Shown here: positions 23,973 through 35,504 of the stretch, piece after piece | Position numbering within the stretch: position 1 is the stretch's first letter | Layout: the number at the start of each line of letters is the position of its first letter | NCBI GenBank assembly: GCA_000388065.2 | Contig: KB932201.1 | Origin: Fonticula alba ATCC 38817 | Taxonomy: Eukaryota > Protista > Nucleariida | Length of the DNA stretch: 64,000 bases | Reading direction: 5' to 3' (one strand) | Made by a program: the position numbers and the translations under genes | Notes under the pieces: generated by a model | Databases searched by the model: none | What the model was told of the DNA's origin: nothing | Seen by the model: the letters and a program-made list of their open reading frames with translations, nothing else

Positions 23973-24896
23973 AACAACAACAACAACAACAACAAACAAA
24001 CGTGAACGTATTCCCGCACACGCCTGCTGGGATCTGATAGCCGGTCTCTTCCAGGTTGCCGAGCGTTATCTCCTGTACGGCACCGGCGACGCGCCCGACC
24101 AGCTGGTCTCCCTGCATCTTGGCACCACTGCCAAGGAGCTGACTCCCGAGCTGAAGACCGAGCTTGCCTTCTTCGGCGCTCGCTGTGCACTCAGGTACAC
24201 CCTCCAAATGTCCCCTGCCATCCTCATCGTGTCCCCTCTCTCCGGCTCCCATCGCCCCTCTCTACCATCGGTCCTCCTCATGAGCCCCCTGCTCACCTGT
24301 CCCTCTCCCCCTGATGCAGCTTCCTGGCTCAGACCCGCCCGAAGGACGCCTACCACTTCCTGATGACTTTCGTCAAGACCCTGGTCAAGCTGTATCCCGA
24401 GCTGCAGGCTCACGAGGAGCGCGTGATGACCGCCCCTGGCGTGGGCCTTCCGGCCAACTTCCTCCAGACCGTCCTGCCCCAGCTGACCTACGCTCATCTG
24501 GTCCTGATCCTGGTCGAGCGCGGCCTCGACCCGAAGGCGCTGGCCTCCCTGCGCATGGTGCTCTCCGAGGGTGTGCTCAATGTCCCGGAGTCGGCCGATC
24601 TGAACCGGGTACGCGCTCTCCCGTGGCGACTTTGTGCAATGCTTGTGTTCTACACTCCCACCCATTCGTCCGACGTTTCGCCTTTCTTCCTTCTTTCTGT
24701 CTCTTCCCCTCCCTCACACCATGACCGTTACCACCACCACCACCACCACCACCACCGCCGCCGCCGCCGCCGCCTGAAAACCATGTCACCCACACGAGCG
24801 CAGCTCACCAAGACCATCACCCGCAAGTATGGTCGCCCGGAGCATAACAACTTCTACGATAGCCTCTTTCGCACCGTCGGGCAGTCCGATGCCTAA
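22952..24896 (+). CDS. GET4: Golgi-to-ER traffic protein 4 (GET4/TRC35)-like, multi-exon
   Basis: SGIAAGELYDALESINALFTR|LMRAKQFKEAFDVSMEFSKLFF parallels GET4 'S...GDYYEAHQMYRTL..RY...K..EA..L...GA..FF'. It also carries AERYLLYG, FFGARCALSFL and a C-terminal LTKTITRKYG. The sequence is divergent. Confidence 0.65.
23930..23997. repeat. (CA)n followed by (CAA)n microsatellite in a GET4 intron
   Basis: Directly visible in the sequence. Confidence 0.95.
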
Positions 24897-25283
24897 GCGA
24901 TTCTAGTGGCAACGTGCGAGGATGCGCCTGATCACCGGGTGTCACCTCCTTCTTTTCCTTCTCCCAGCCGGGCAGCCGCTCGTATCTGCCCATTTCCGGT
25001 CTCCCTGCCGAGCACGCGCCCGGCGAAATACGCACTTTCACACATACACTCAGATGCACTCGATCCCAGCCTGCTCCTTGTCCTTTTGCCCCTTCCTTTC
25101 TGGGAGTCTATATTGTGTGTCTATGTATTTTGGAGGAGGGGAAGGGTAGGGGGGGGGGGGGGTGCAACTTTGTATCTTTTCGCTTTTTCTTCGCGTAGTT
25201 CCGCACGTGCGCATTCATGCCAGCGGACTATGTGCGTGCGTGCATGCGCGTGGCTACACGGTGTGCAGGATGGCTACACGGTG

Positions 25284-26789
25284 TCAGGTTTGAGCGCGCG
25301 AGCGCTGCTGCTGTGCCTGTTGGGCCTGGTGCTGCATGTGGCGGATGTGCGTGCGAAGCTCCGAGTCATTGAGGGTGAGGCGTGGAACGCGGCGTTCCTT
25401 CGGGTGCAGGGGCGTCCGGCAGCAGGGGCACGGGGCGATCGGATTCGACTGGAGCAGGTCCACCATGCAGCCCGAGTGGAAGACATGGCCACAGAAGTAC
25501 AGCTGCACCGAAAGGTGTGTCAAGCGGACATCCTCGATGCAAATGACGCAGACGTGATTCTCCGGAACCACGGCCCGGGGGGGAGCCAGCGGCCGGATTC
25601 GGGGGTTGCAGCCGCGGTTTTTGGACAGCTTGGGGACCTGCTTGCCGCGGTTGGCCGCCTGGTTGAAAAGGATGTTCACAAACCAGGACACATAGCCCAA
25701 TCGGGCGAGGGCCTTGATGTGCTGCAATGCGCCACATTGCGGCCGGAGGGGGGGGGGGGGGGGGGGGGATGTCAGCATCAGGCAAGGGGCCGCAGGGCGA
25801 CCCGGGCAGCGTCGTCCATGGCCGGGTCCAGGAGAGGAGAGGCAGCAAAGGTGAGGCCGCTTGGCCATCTTTGGGCGAAGGCGTACCATGTTATTCCGCT
25901 CGCACATCTCCGGGTCATAAACCTCGTCCTCCGGGCCGAGGACCGGCTTGCCGGACCCGGTGTCCTCGGGCTCGCTGTCCGACAGGGGGGGCAGCTTCTC
26001 GGTGGGGGCGTAGCACTTGGCCGAGGTGTGGCCATCGGCACCCTGATCGGCCGCCGGGGGGAAGAACCCCACCGGAGAGGGAGGCTCGGTCTGGATGCCA
26101 CCGAGCAGGCTCGCAGGCAGATCGGACGAGCTGGAATCCCGGTCGCCGAGAGCGAAGCGTGCCCCGCCAGCGGGGTCCGACGCCTCGCCAGCAGCATTCG
26201 GTTCCAGGTCGGCCAATGCCCGCAGCGAGGCCAGGTCCGGCAGGGAGGACACGCGACCAAGCTCGCCAGATGCCAAGCCCAAGGCCGGGGCTGGGGCCAG
26301 GCTCGGGGAGTCGGTCGGGGTGATCGGTGCGGCCCCGGTCCGCCGGGCCAGCTGCCCTGCCAGGGCCAGGGTGTCCGTGTGGGACAGGGCATGCACTCCG
26401 AGCAGGGCCCCGAGGACCAGCACCTCCGGGGCGTCCTGCACAAGGAAGCGCAGGAGCAGCTGAGAGCTACTGCTGACGGCGCCGTGCAGCGGCTGCAGGG
26501 CCGCCTGCAGGTGTTGCCGAATTTGGAGCAGTTGCTCCGGCCGCCGATCGCGAAGGTCGCGCAGCCAGCCCGGAACGCGCTCCAACGCGGCAGGAGCCCG
26601 CTGGAGGAGGTCCACCAGGGCGACCTCGTCCAGGGGAGGCGCCCGGGTTCCATTGCGACGATACTGCTCCAGCAGGCGCGCAAACTGCAGGGCCGACGAG
26701 TGAAGCACCGCCGGCAGGGGGGCCAGCAGGGCGCATGCCAGGGCGCCGGCGTCAATGCCGCCAGACGCCGGGGCCTCGATCCGGGTCAT
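25284..26789 (-). CDS. RING-H2 zinc-finger protein (putative E3 ubiquitin ligase); one in-frame intron; 5' end possibly further upstream
   Basis: C-terminal CVIC-x15-CGHVFHSGC-x12-CPCC matches C-x2-C...C-x-H-x2-H-x2-C...C-x2-C. A phase-0 intron (gtacgc...ttgcag) joins NNM|HIKALARLGY. Confidence 0.88.
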   Translation of the reverse strand: MTRIEAPASGGIDAGALACALLAPLPAVLHSSALQFARLLEQYRRNGTRAPPLDEVALVDLLQRAPAALERVPGWLRDLRDRRPEQLLQIRQHLQAALQPLHGAVSSSSQLLLRFLVQDAPEVLVLGALLGVHALSHTDTLALAGQLARRTGAAPITPTDSPSLAPAPALGLASGELGRVSSLPDLASLRALADLEPNAAGEASDPAGGARFALGDRDSSSSDLPASLLGGIQTEPPSPVGFFPPAADQGADGHTSAKCYAPTEKLPPLSDSEPEDTGSGKPVLGPEDEVYDPEMCERNNMVRLRPKMAKRPHLCCLSSPGPGHGRRCPGRPAAPCLMLTSPPPPPPLRPQCGALQHIKALARLGYVSWFVNILFNQAANRGKQVPKLSKNRGCNPRIRPLAPPRAVVPENHVCVICIEDVRLTHLSVQLYFCGHVFHSGCMVDLLQSNPIAPCPCCRTPLHPKERRVPRLTLNDSELRTHIRHMQHQAQQAQQQRSRAQT

Positions 26790-27054
26790 GTGGGATGGAG
26801 TTTGACGAGCGCAATGCAGGCAGGGTGCAAGGGTGGGCAGGGGGATGGGGCGGAGCGGGGCCTGCGTGCAGACAGAGTGCCTGTGCGGGGTGTGGGCCGC
26901 GGTGTCGAAGTGTCGAGGGGAAAAGTGAGGACTCGGAGGCTGGTTTGGAGGCTGGGAGGTACACGGTGGGTCCCGGTGCCTTTACGATGGTCAAGGTAGC
27001 GCCAGCACACCAAGGGGCGACTAGGGCCGGGTGTGCAATTATGCGTGTATATGA

Positions 27055-27091
<37 letters not shown>

Positions 27092-28394
27092 AGCCGGTGG
27101 ATTGGGAGAGGGGACAGGCGAGCAGAGGGGATGGCGAGCCACAGGGCGAGGAAGTGGCAGAGTATGTATGCATGTGTGAATGTGAGTGTGGGTGCGAGGG
27201 GGTGGGGTTGCCCCCGGGGATGTAGCCCGGGAGGTGGCCAATATAGGGTGTGAGTCAATCGGCAGAGGCGCACACAGGGACAACGACCGGGGGTGAGCAC
27301 GCGGGCTGGATGCGCGGCGAGAGGGGGAGAGGCCAAGCGCGCCAGTCGGCGAGTGACCGGGCCGGGCCGGCATAAAAAAGGCCCGATCTGCCTCCAGCAC
27401 GAGGAGAATGCACCTGCGCCGAGCCCTGGAAACAGGCCGTGTGCCAGGGTGGCTGTGTGTCAATGGCGGTGGGAGAGAGAGAGAGAGTGAGCAAGAATAT
27501 ACATGTGGGTGGAGGGACTGCCCGGGGGGCAGGGGGGGGGGCGCGTGGTTGTTGTGGGTGGCTGACCGGCCCCGGCCCAGGGCACGCACGCGACATGCCT
27601 GTTTGTTCGTGGACCGGTGCCCGCGAGGTCGGGGAGCGGGGATGGAGGCACTCGTGCCTGGGCCCGTTGTCAAAGGGGACCGAGCTCGACGCCCCACCCT
27701 TCCGGCCCCCGCCCCACCCTCCCCCCTGGCCCACCCCCTGGCGGTCGGCCCTCCCCCCCCCCCCACACACACACGGCGCGCGGGGACCCGGAAAAGGGAC
27801 TGGGCGGTCTTCATCCGAATCCGGGGTGGGAGGCAGGGAGGGGCCCAGCGTTCACACCATGATGTACAAACAACGTACCGAGGAGCTGTGGTTGTCCGGC
27901 CGGCACCGTCCGTGTGAGCCTGGATCTTGCTCGAGCCAGGCCCCGCAGCCCCCTGGGGTGCGGGTGCGGGTGCGGGCGCGCGCGCCGATGCGTAGGTAGA
28001 ACGAAAGAGGGCCCCCCGGGGGGGGAGGGGGGGGGGGGGCGAAGGAAAGCCGGAGGGGATTCGTCGTCTAGGGAGGACGGGGCGGTCTGCATGCCCGCGT
28101 GCATGCCACTGGTCGCCCACACCACGGCATGGAGCCCCCCAGGACGCGCCCCAACAGCCTGTTGCCGTGGTCGCGCCCGGAGCCCGGATGTTGGCAGCGG
28201 CTTCGGCCCTTGCCCGCCCGCGCCCGCCTCGCCCCTCCGCTGCTGCCCTTGCTCGGCCCCCCTCACCCTTGCCCGTGAGCAGCTCACCCCCCACATACTG
28301 CAAGGCGATTGGGCAAGGCCAGCACATGGGACCACGCCCACCCTGGTGCGAGTCCTCCCCGGACCAGATGGACACGAAGTAGGCGCACAAGCCC

Positions 28395-28425
<31 letters not shown>

Positions 28426-29069
28426 CCCTGGAGGGGCCTCGTGTGCGGCTCACGTCGTCGCCCCCCCGCTCTTGGCCATCCTCAGCCGGAACGGGGGCAC
28501 CAGCAGCCCGAGGCGCGGCCGGCGAGCCACGCGATCCGTCAGACCCATGGGTGCAGAAAAATTAACAGACAGAAAGGCCTGGAGGTCGAGCGACCACGGG
28601 CGAGACCCGGAGACAGCTCGCGCGCGTTTCGAGCGGTGAGACTTGCTCAAATGCGCCGGCCCACGCCGGGCGGCCGGCGCATTCGGCCCCTCGGCCGCCC
28701 CGGCACTTGGTTTCGTTGACTCGACCAATAACAAATGTGAAACCGCCCAGCCGGCTGGGGCTGGATGTCCCAAAAGACAGTCCTGGATAGGCGGGGCTCG
28801 CATCGTTNNNNNNNNNNNNNNNNNNNNNNNNNNNNNNNNNNNNNNNNNNNNNNNNNNNNNNNNNNNNNNNNNNNNNNNNNNNNNNNNNNNNNNNNNNNNN
28901 NNNNNNNNNNNNNNNNNNNNNNNNNNNNNNNNNNNNNNNNNNNNNNNNNNCCTCAAACTCCCACCTCCCGCCCCCTTCTGCTCCTCCTTTCCAGCCCTTA
29001 TCCCCACTTCCCCGAGCCCACTTGACCACCGGCCCCTGCCCCCCTCTTCCTCAGAGGCGCGTCGCAGCA

Positions 29070-31230
29070 ATGTCAGCTGTACGTGTGTTGGTGTTCCCCG
29101 AAGCGCGACCGCGCGACGCCTCGCTCGAGCTCCACTGTCGTTTGCTGCAATTGAACGCCCAGCGCCTGGTCCCGGCATACGGTGTCCCGGTGCCAATCTC
29201 CCAAGCACAGCAGTCCCCGGCCGGCGGCAGTGGTCCTGGTGGCGGCAGCGGCAGCGGCATTCCCGGCGTCGCGCCCGGAGTTCCCATCCCCCCTGGGCCC
29301 GGGGCCGGGTCCGGCGGCTCCGGCATCGGGTCCGGCAGTCTGTCCGGCACCGGTCCCCTTGCCTTCACCTCCTCGCTGGTGGCCGGCGACGACCACTCGG
29401 CTCCGCATGACAGCCACCGGGCGGCCAGCAGCGTCCCCTTCGGCACAGCCTGGAGCTATGGCATCAATGTTCTCCGGTCGGCCAGCAGCAGTCTCCTGGC
29501 ATCGGTGGCAGATGGGTCACCTGGCACCGGGGTCGCGGCCCCGAAAAGCCCAGCCTCCAATGCGGCCGCTGTCGATGGGGCGGCCCCTGTCGCCGGTGGC
29601 GATGGCGGGCCGGGCCCCGCCGCACCAGCCACCTCTGGCCACCCCACCACCCCGCTGTATATTTGTCTGTCCCTGGCACGCGGCGGGCTGGACCTGGGCG
29701 GTGGCGGCGGCACCGGGCATCTGATCATGCAGGACCCCCGGGAGTTGGGGTTGCACCGGTTGCCGGAGGTCATCAGCCAGCAGGCGGCCGCCTTGCAGGC
29801 GCCTGCTGGAACGGCGGATGCCGCGCTGGCCTTGCGCGCGCGTGCACACCTCTGGGGCCCAGCCCTACAGGGCCCTCTGACCACCAAGCAGCTTCCCGGG
29901 ACTGTCGGCCTGCCAGTGGCCACGGTCATCGGGCCGCAGTGCGTGGTCGGGCGCTTTGTGCCAGCTACAGCGCCGGCTGCCACTCCGGCGGCCTCTCCCT
30001 CGACGCCTGCGCTCGGATCCAGCGCGGCGACCAATGCCGAGGTGCATGCCCTGCTGTCCGGCGGGCTTGGACCCGGGCCGCTGGAGGGCCCTGCCGTTCC
30101 GCTGGACTTCTACACCCCGCTGACGCTGCCCCTCCCTGGGAATGTGGTTTCGCGCGACATCAGCCACATTCTCCCGCGCATGCATGGGCTCCTCCACCGA
30201 GCGTCCATCCAGGTCGAGGTGCGTACACGAGCTCCCTGCCCCCTTCGGCTCTCTTTGCCATCTGCTTTGTCCTTTCCATCTGCTTTGCCTGCGACGGGCT
30301 GCCCTCAATGTCTCACCCCTCCTTGCTCGCGCCCTGCCCATGTCATGTTCTTTCCTTCTCCTATCTCTCTCTCTCTCCCTCCCTCCCTCCCTCCCCCCCC
30401 CCCACCCGCACCATTGNNNNNNNNNNNNNNNNNNNNNNNNNNNNNNNNNNNNNNNNNNNNNNNNNNNNNNNNNNNNNNNNNNNNNNNNNNNNNNNNNNNN
30501 NNNNNNNNNNNNNNNNNNNNNNNNNNNNNNNNNNNNNNNNNNNNNNNNNNNNNNNNNNNNNNNNNNNNNNNNNNNNNNNNNNNNNNNNNNNNNNNNNNNN
30601 NNNNNNNNNNNNNNNNNNNNNNNNNNNNNNNNNNNNNNNNNNNNNNNNNNNNNNNNNNNNNNNNNNNNNNNNNNNNNNNNNNNNNNNNNNNNNNNNNNNN
30701 NNNNNNNATACCTTGTCGGCAATATGATTGTCCGGTTCGGGGCCCTGCGCACGATGGTCCCCTCGGTCCAGCGCCTGGCCACTTACAAGGCCAACCTGCC
30801 GACGAATCCGATCATGCGAGGCTTCGTCCTGGAGGTGGAGTGCATTTCCATGTCCCTGCCGGACTTCGAGGCGGCCACCTCGGACTCGGTGCAGCGGTAT
30901 TTGCACGAGTTCGCCGAAATGCTGGTCAATGGGACCTTCCCCTCGAGCGACCCGACCTTCATAGCCCCGACGGCGATTGCTCTGGGGCCTTTTGAGCCGG
31001 CCGGAGCCCCGGTCACTCCGATGGCCCGGTGGGCCCCGCCTGTGGTCCCGCACCAGCGTCCCGCCGCCCCGGTGCTTGGAGTGCAGCCGCGCTTCTGGCA
31101 ACGCTCGACTGGGGCCGGGGCCCAGGAGGTTGAGGACTTTGCTCGCCAGCCCCTTTGCTCGGATGTCTTCGCCTCGCAACAGTATATCGCCGCCATCAGC
31201 CGGTGCTGCCTGCTGGGAGGTGTGCCATGA
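29070..31230 (+). CDS. MED20: Mediator subunit 20-like protein with long low-complexity insertions; N-gap in the intron region
   Basis: LELHCRLLQLNAQRL (N-terminus), SRDISHILPRMHGLLHRASIQVE, YLVGNMIVRFGAL, MRGFVLEVEC, YLHEFAEML and SDVFASQQYIAAI follow the order of Med20 motifs (kleml GAek; l.vklkgff.sakask iE; Y...DF.VKvG; RGi.vEVEY; ll.EFl; tmvQYmelf). Confidence 0.78.
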
Positions 31231-31436
31231 GTGCGAGACAGGCCGGCCACCCAATACACCCCCCCCCCCGCTCTTTGGGCGCCACCAGGACAAAAGAAGC
31301 CAAGTGCAGAGGGCAGGGGGCCGGGGCAGGACGGTGACATCGACCGGCACATACGCGAGCCGTGGTCGTGTGCACTGCAGTGCGCTTTGGGCTTGGCTTT
31401 TGGGTTTTATTGCTCTGACATCTCGCCGGGGGCCGG

Positions 31437-32090
31437 CTAGAGCTCATTCTTGATGTGCCGCTTCGTGTCGGCTAGGCAGCTCATGACAAAGGATATCTCC
31501 TCCAGTGGCCGGCGTGTGACGACGATGGCCTTTAGCGCGTGAAAGCCCCAGGCCTGGGATCCGGGCTCGGGGTTCTCCAAGGGCCCGGTCTTCCCGATCA
31601 GCTGGACCACGTCACCTGGTTGGTTGTGTTGGAGTTGTTGGTTGATATTTCCCCCCCCCCCCCCCCCGCATGCGCGTGCGCACCGACGGAGCGCGGTGTC
31701 GGAAGAGGCCGGCTTGTTAGAATGGGGCAGGGCAGGAGGGGAGGCGTAGCCAGCTGCTTCAGGACATGGGAGGAGGGGGGGGGGACACGCACCGACCTGC
31801 AGCCGGCCCAATACACCGAGAAGTAAGTCACCCGACTGGGCCGGGCGCGCCAGGATGCAAGCTGTCCCATCGTCCAGGACCAGGGACGTGGCGCTGGGCT
31901 TGGCCACAACGTCTCCCTGGATCCAGAAGTGGGTATTACCTGCCGCACCGGGGGAGGGGGGCCGGCGGCCGGCCTGGCTCAGGCCTGGCGACGCCGCCGG
32001 CAGGGCCGACCCAGATTCTGTCAGAGCGGCTGAGATGAAGAGCTTTTTGATGACGGCCGGGGCCGGGGGGGAACTCGCCGGGCTGGCCAT
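31437..32090 (-). CDS. RMI2: RecQ-mediated genome instability protein 2 (RMI2)-like OB-fold protein (2 exons)
   Basis: VIKKLFISAAL, HFWIQGDVV, LVLDDGTA, PGDVVQLIG and FHALKAIVVTRRPLEEISFVMSCLADTKRHI align in order with recalled RMI2 motifs ([63 protein letters not shown]). Confidence 0.72.
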   Translation of the reverse strand: MASPASSPPAPAVIKKLFISAALTESGSALPAASPGLSQAGRRPPSPGAAGNTHFWIQGDVVAKPSATSLVLDDGTACILARPAQSGDLLLGVLGRLQVGACPPPLLPCPEAAGYASPPALPHSNKPASSDTALRRCARACGGGGGGNINQQLQHNQPGDVVQLIGKTGPLENPEPGSQAWGFHALKAIVVTRRPLEEISFVMSCLADTKRHIKNEL

Positions 32091-32676
32091 CGCGAGTGGT
32101 ATATCCGCAGGAGCCGGTGCGTGTGTCCTCCAGGGGGAAGGGGCAGATGGCGAGGGGGAGAGCGCGCGACGAGGGGCAGATGGCGAGGCGAGGGAAGAAG
32201 AGGATGCTGCTATGCGAGCGCAGGCAGGCGGCGGCGGCGGCGGCGGCGAGCTGGCACAATAGTTGCCCTTCATTGACCGTATGGCCGGTGTCCGCCCCCC
32301 CAGCGCCCACCCCCCCCCCCCCCCCCTCCCCCCGGAGAGGCCGCAGTGGGTGGCGCGCCCGGGGCTCCCCCTCCTCCCCGCCGGACGGGCCGCCCCTCTT
32401 TCCCGCGACAAGCCCGGGCCTCCAGCCCCGATCGGCAGCGAATCGCGCACATACTGCCAACGCAAGGGGTGTGCTCTGGCGGCGTCTCTTCATCTGGGTG
32501 TGGTGCGGCTCTGTGGGGCCCGGGGCCCGCCCCGGCATCAGACAATCCACCCACCAGTGTCAAATCCCTCTCCTCCCTCTCTTTCGCTCCCTCTCCTCCC
32601 TTTCGTTTGCTCCCTCTCCACACACACCCCCCCTCTGTCCGCCTGTCTGCGCAAAAAAAAGGAAGAAAGATCAACA

Positions 32677-33392
32677 ATGAGCTCCCAGCAAGCGCCCCCC
32701 CGGTCGACGCCGGCCGACAAGCGTGCCCCCCAGGGCCCGCCTCCTGACCCCCGGATCCGGCGGACCGAGCAGATCCGTGAGCTGAATGAGGTGGTCCGGG
32801 ACCAGCGCGCCTTCGAGCTGCTGCAGTCGACCGCCGAGCTTGAGCGCCAGACCAAGGCTCTGATGGAGCTCTGTTCGCATACCATTGGCAACGTCCAGTC
32901 GCAGATGCACGCGGTGCGGATGTGCCCTTCTCCTTGCGCCTCTCTCCTCCCCCCGCCTTGGCCATGGCGACTGTGGCTTTCTAACACGCGCCTGCCACAT
33001 GTCTTCCCCTCGTGCGCCAGATGTCCGGCATCACTCTGCAGGCGGTGGAGATCTTGGCCTCGGCCGCCGAGAAGGCCAATGCCCAAACCACCAAGGCCAT
33101 TGACGAGGCGCACGAATTCTTGCTTACCGCTGACCAGATCTCCGCCAGCATGGAGCCGGTCATCCAGCTGGCCGAGCAAATGTGCGTCTCCCCTCCGATC
33201 TCTCTCTCTCTCTCTCTCTCTCACTGATGCGGACCCGCTTGTATGCATTCATATCCCCCCCCCTCCCCCTCCTGCTCACACGCACTCTCACACCTCTGTC
33301 CCCTTCCCTTCGCCCCGTGTTTGTCTCGCTCTCTGGCCCATAGTAAGGACGTCCGGCGGACTCTCACCGTCTTGGAGGCTGCCTGCGAGTAG
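32677..33392 (+). CDS. BORCS6: BLOC-1-related complex subunit 6 (lyspersin, DUF2365)-like (3 exons)
   Basis: Spliced: ...STAELERQTKALMELCSHTIGNVQSQMHA|MSGITLQAVEILASAAEKANAQTTKAIDEAHEFLLTADQISASMEPVIQLAEQI|KDVRRTLTVLEAACE*. The end closely matches the BORCS6 C-terminus (PVQGLARQVRDIRRTLEVLEALCK). Confidence 0.82.
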
Positions 33393-34836
33393 ACGCGCAT
33401 CTCAGGCCATCTCTTTCTCCATGTATCACGGTCAGTCGGAGGCCGACTGACCGGCGCAAGGGGAAGGGGTCTCCCAAGGTGTTGTTTCCTCTGGGCAAGC
33501 TCGCGGCCCTGCAGCCATCCCTCTCAGCGGCCTCATGCCGCACACGCCCGAATGTATGCCACTAAATCGCCAAATATCCAGAGAGTCATGCGCGCGGCGG
33601 ATGGCGACACAAGCGCCAAGAGGCAGGGGAGGAGCGGAACAAGCAGGGGACCCTGGGCATTTGAATGATACATCGCCGCCCCCTCCGCGGGGGTTGCTCT
33701 GCTGCTTCCCCCGCTGCTGATGGTGAGTTGATGTTGTTGTTTTTGCCGCCCAAGTAGCCCCAAGATACAGAGGAGAACCCTCAGCGGGGGGGAGGGGGGG
33801 AATTGCACGAAGGAGAGCCCGCCCTTGCATTGCAATCTCTCAAAAGCGCGGCGGCTGTTTGGGCGGCGGGGGCGGCGCGGGAGACGGGTTTCGCGGAGCG
33901 CTGGTGCCGATCACATTGTGTTCACGTGAGAGTCAACACAGGTCCAATCACGCTTCCTGTTCCGGTGAAACCGATCCCACCCGGGTCTTGTAACTTCGCC
34001 CATTTGACCGGGAAGAGGCACGCAAAAGCGCACCCAGGCTGCGGGTGAAATTCAGGGGCCTGTTTCGAGCCCCCTACTGTGTCCTGGGGGGGGGTGCCAT
34101 CCACGCGTCCAGCCCGGCCCTGGCCTGGGAGAAGTTCGGCGCTTGGCGCGCCAGGCCGAGTGTGGGGAATCCCGGGGGGAGGGAGGACGGGGGAAGGGGG
34201 GACCGGGGGGACGGTCCGTCGATCGTGTGGCGACCGAAGGGCTGTTTGTCATGCAGCACAGAGTGGCAGAGCAGCGTCTTCTTCCTAGTCGTGTGGAGTC
34301 AAGAAGAAGAAGCAAGCCCCCCCCCCCCCCCCCCCCCCCCCCCGCCCCTCGCCCCCGCTGAGACCGGGGCGTCTCGGTGGCTTCACGAGCGGCCGATGCG
34401 CAGCTGAACATTCGCTCCGAAAGTCAACGTCGTTGAAAATCTCCCGCCGATCGGTGGGCCCAGTTCCCAGCCATCGTAGCTTGTGTTTCCAGCTCGGGTG
34501 AAAGAAGGAGAGAGAACCGGAGGGGATGGCTAGGGGCCCCCATCGGAGGGGCGGGGGGGGTATGTATGGCTCAACTTACCTTGCCACCACGGGTGAGGTG
34601 CCTGTGTGTGTGTGTTGGCCAGCGCGATCTTCGAGGGAAGAGAAGACATCCCGGACAGTGAGGAGTACGGGGGGCTCTTGCTGGGGCCTGTTGCGGAGCT
34701 GGTCCGAGGAGGGGGTGTGTGCCCTATCCCCCCCCCCCCCCCCCCCCCGCCCCCTCCCTCCTCCTCGTCCTCTGCGCACGCACGCGGGGGACAGACACAT
34801 GCTGCGGCCCCTTTTCCAAGGGAGCAAACAGGCTTG

Positions 34837-34872
<36 letters not shown>

Positions 34873-34978
34873 CTGGACACAGGACGCTGCGGGCCGCCGC
34901 GAGGGGGGGGGCAGAGGGAAGGGCAGGGGAGGGGGGTCTGCCCCCTTTGTCCGGGGGGGGGGGAAGCCCGGGGGCAGA

Positions 34979-34986
34979 TATAAAAA
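34979..34986 (+). promoter_or_regulatory. Candidate TATA box (TATAAAAA) upstream of the 35505 gene
   Basis: Consensus TATAWAWR in an otherwise GC-rich region, followed by an AT-rich patch at about 35055-35110. It lies about 520 nt before the ATG, so the link to that gene is tentative. Confidence 0.3.
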
Positions 34987-35504
34987 GGGGTGGCCTGCTA
35001 GCGAGCCTGATGTGCCGCCTCCAGAAACCATCCTACTGATTACGTCCATCGCAAGATTAAAAAGAAACCGATATCCTTCACGCTCCCGTGAACTTTTTTA
35101 TTTTACACCGTATGCCCACGACGCCATCTTTCCTGCCCCTCCCCCGCCGCCCTCCTCCAGCCCGCAGTTCGCGCGCGTACCACTTGAATAATTGAGAACT
35201 CCCCCCCCCCTTCCCCCTCCCCGGGGCTCACCTCATGTCCTCTTTACTCGCATGCCGTCCTCCTTTCCTCATTCATGCGCCATTCCTCCCCCTGATGCAT
35301 TTGCTTACTCACATACCCGCCCCTTCTCTGCCTCGCCACTGGCGCATGCTCTTCTGTGTTCTCCTCCCCCCCCTTCTCCTCCTCCTCGACCTCTCCGCGC
35401 TCTGTGTGGGCTGGGGGGCCACCGAGTATAGCTCCGGAAAAAACACCCCCCCCCCCCATCCCCGTGTACCTCAATTCCCCCGCCCCCCCTCCATAACCAC
35501 CACC

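Noticed and set aside
24906-26999. 697-aa plus-strand ORF
   Set aside because: It is the antisense shadow of the RING-H2 gene. High GC and codon bias suppress stops on the opposite strand, and it carries no motifs.
34571-34590. ACTTACCT motifs (here and at about 63540) resembling the U1 snRNA 5' end
   Set aside because: No U1 stem-loops or Sm site follow. They are better explained as minus-strand 5' splice sites.
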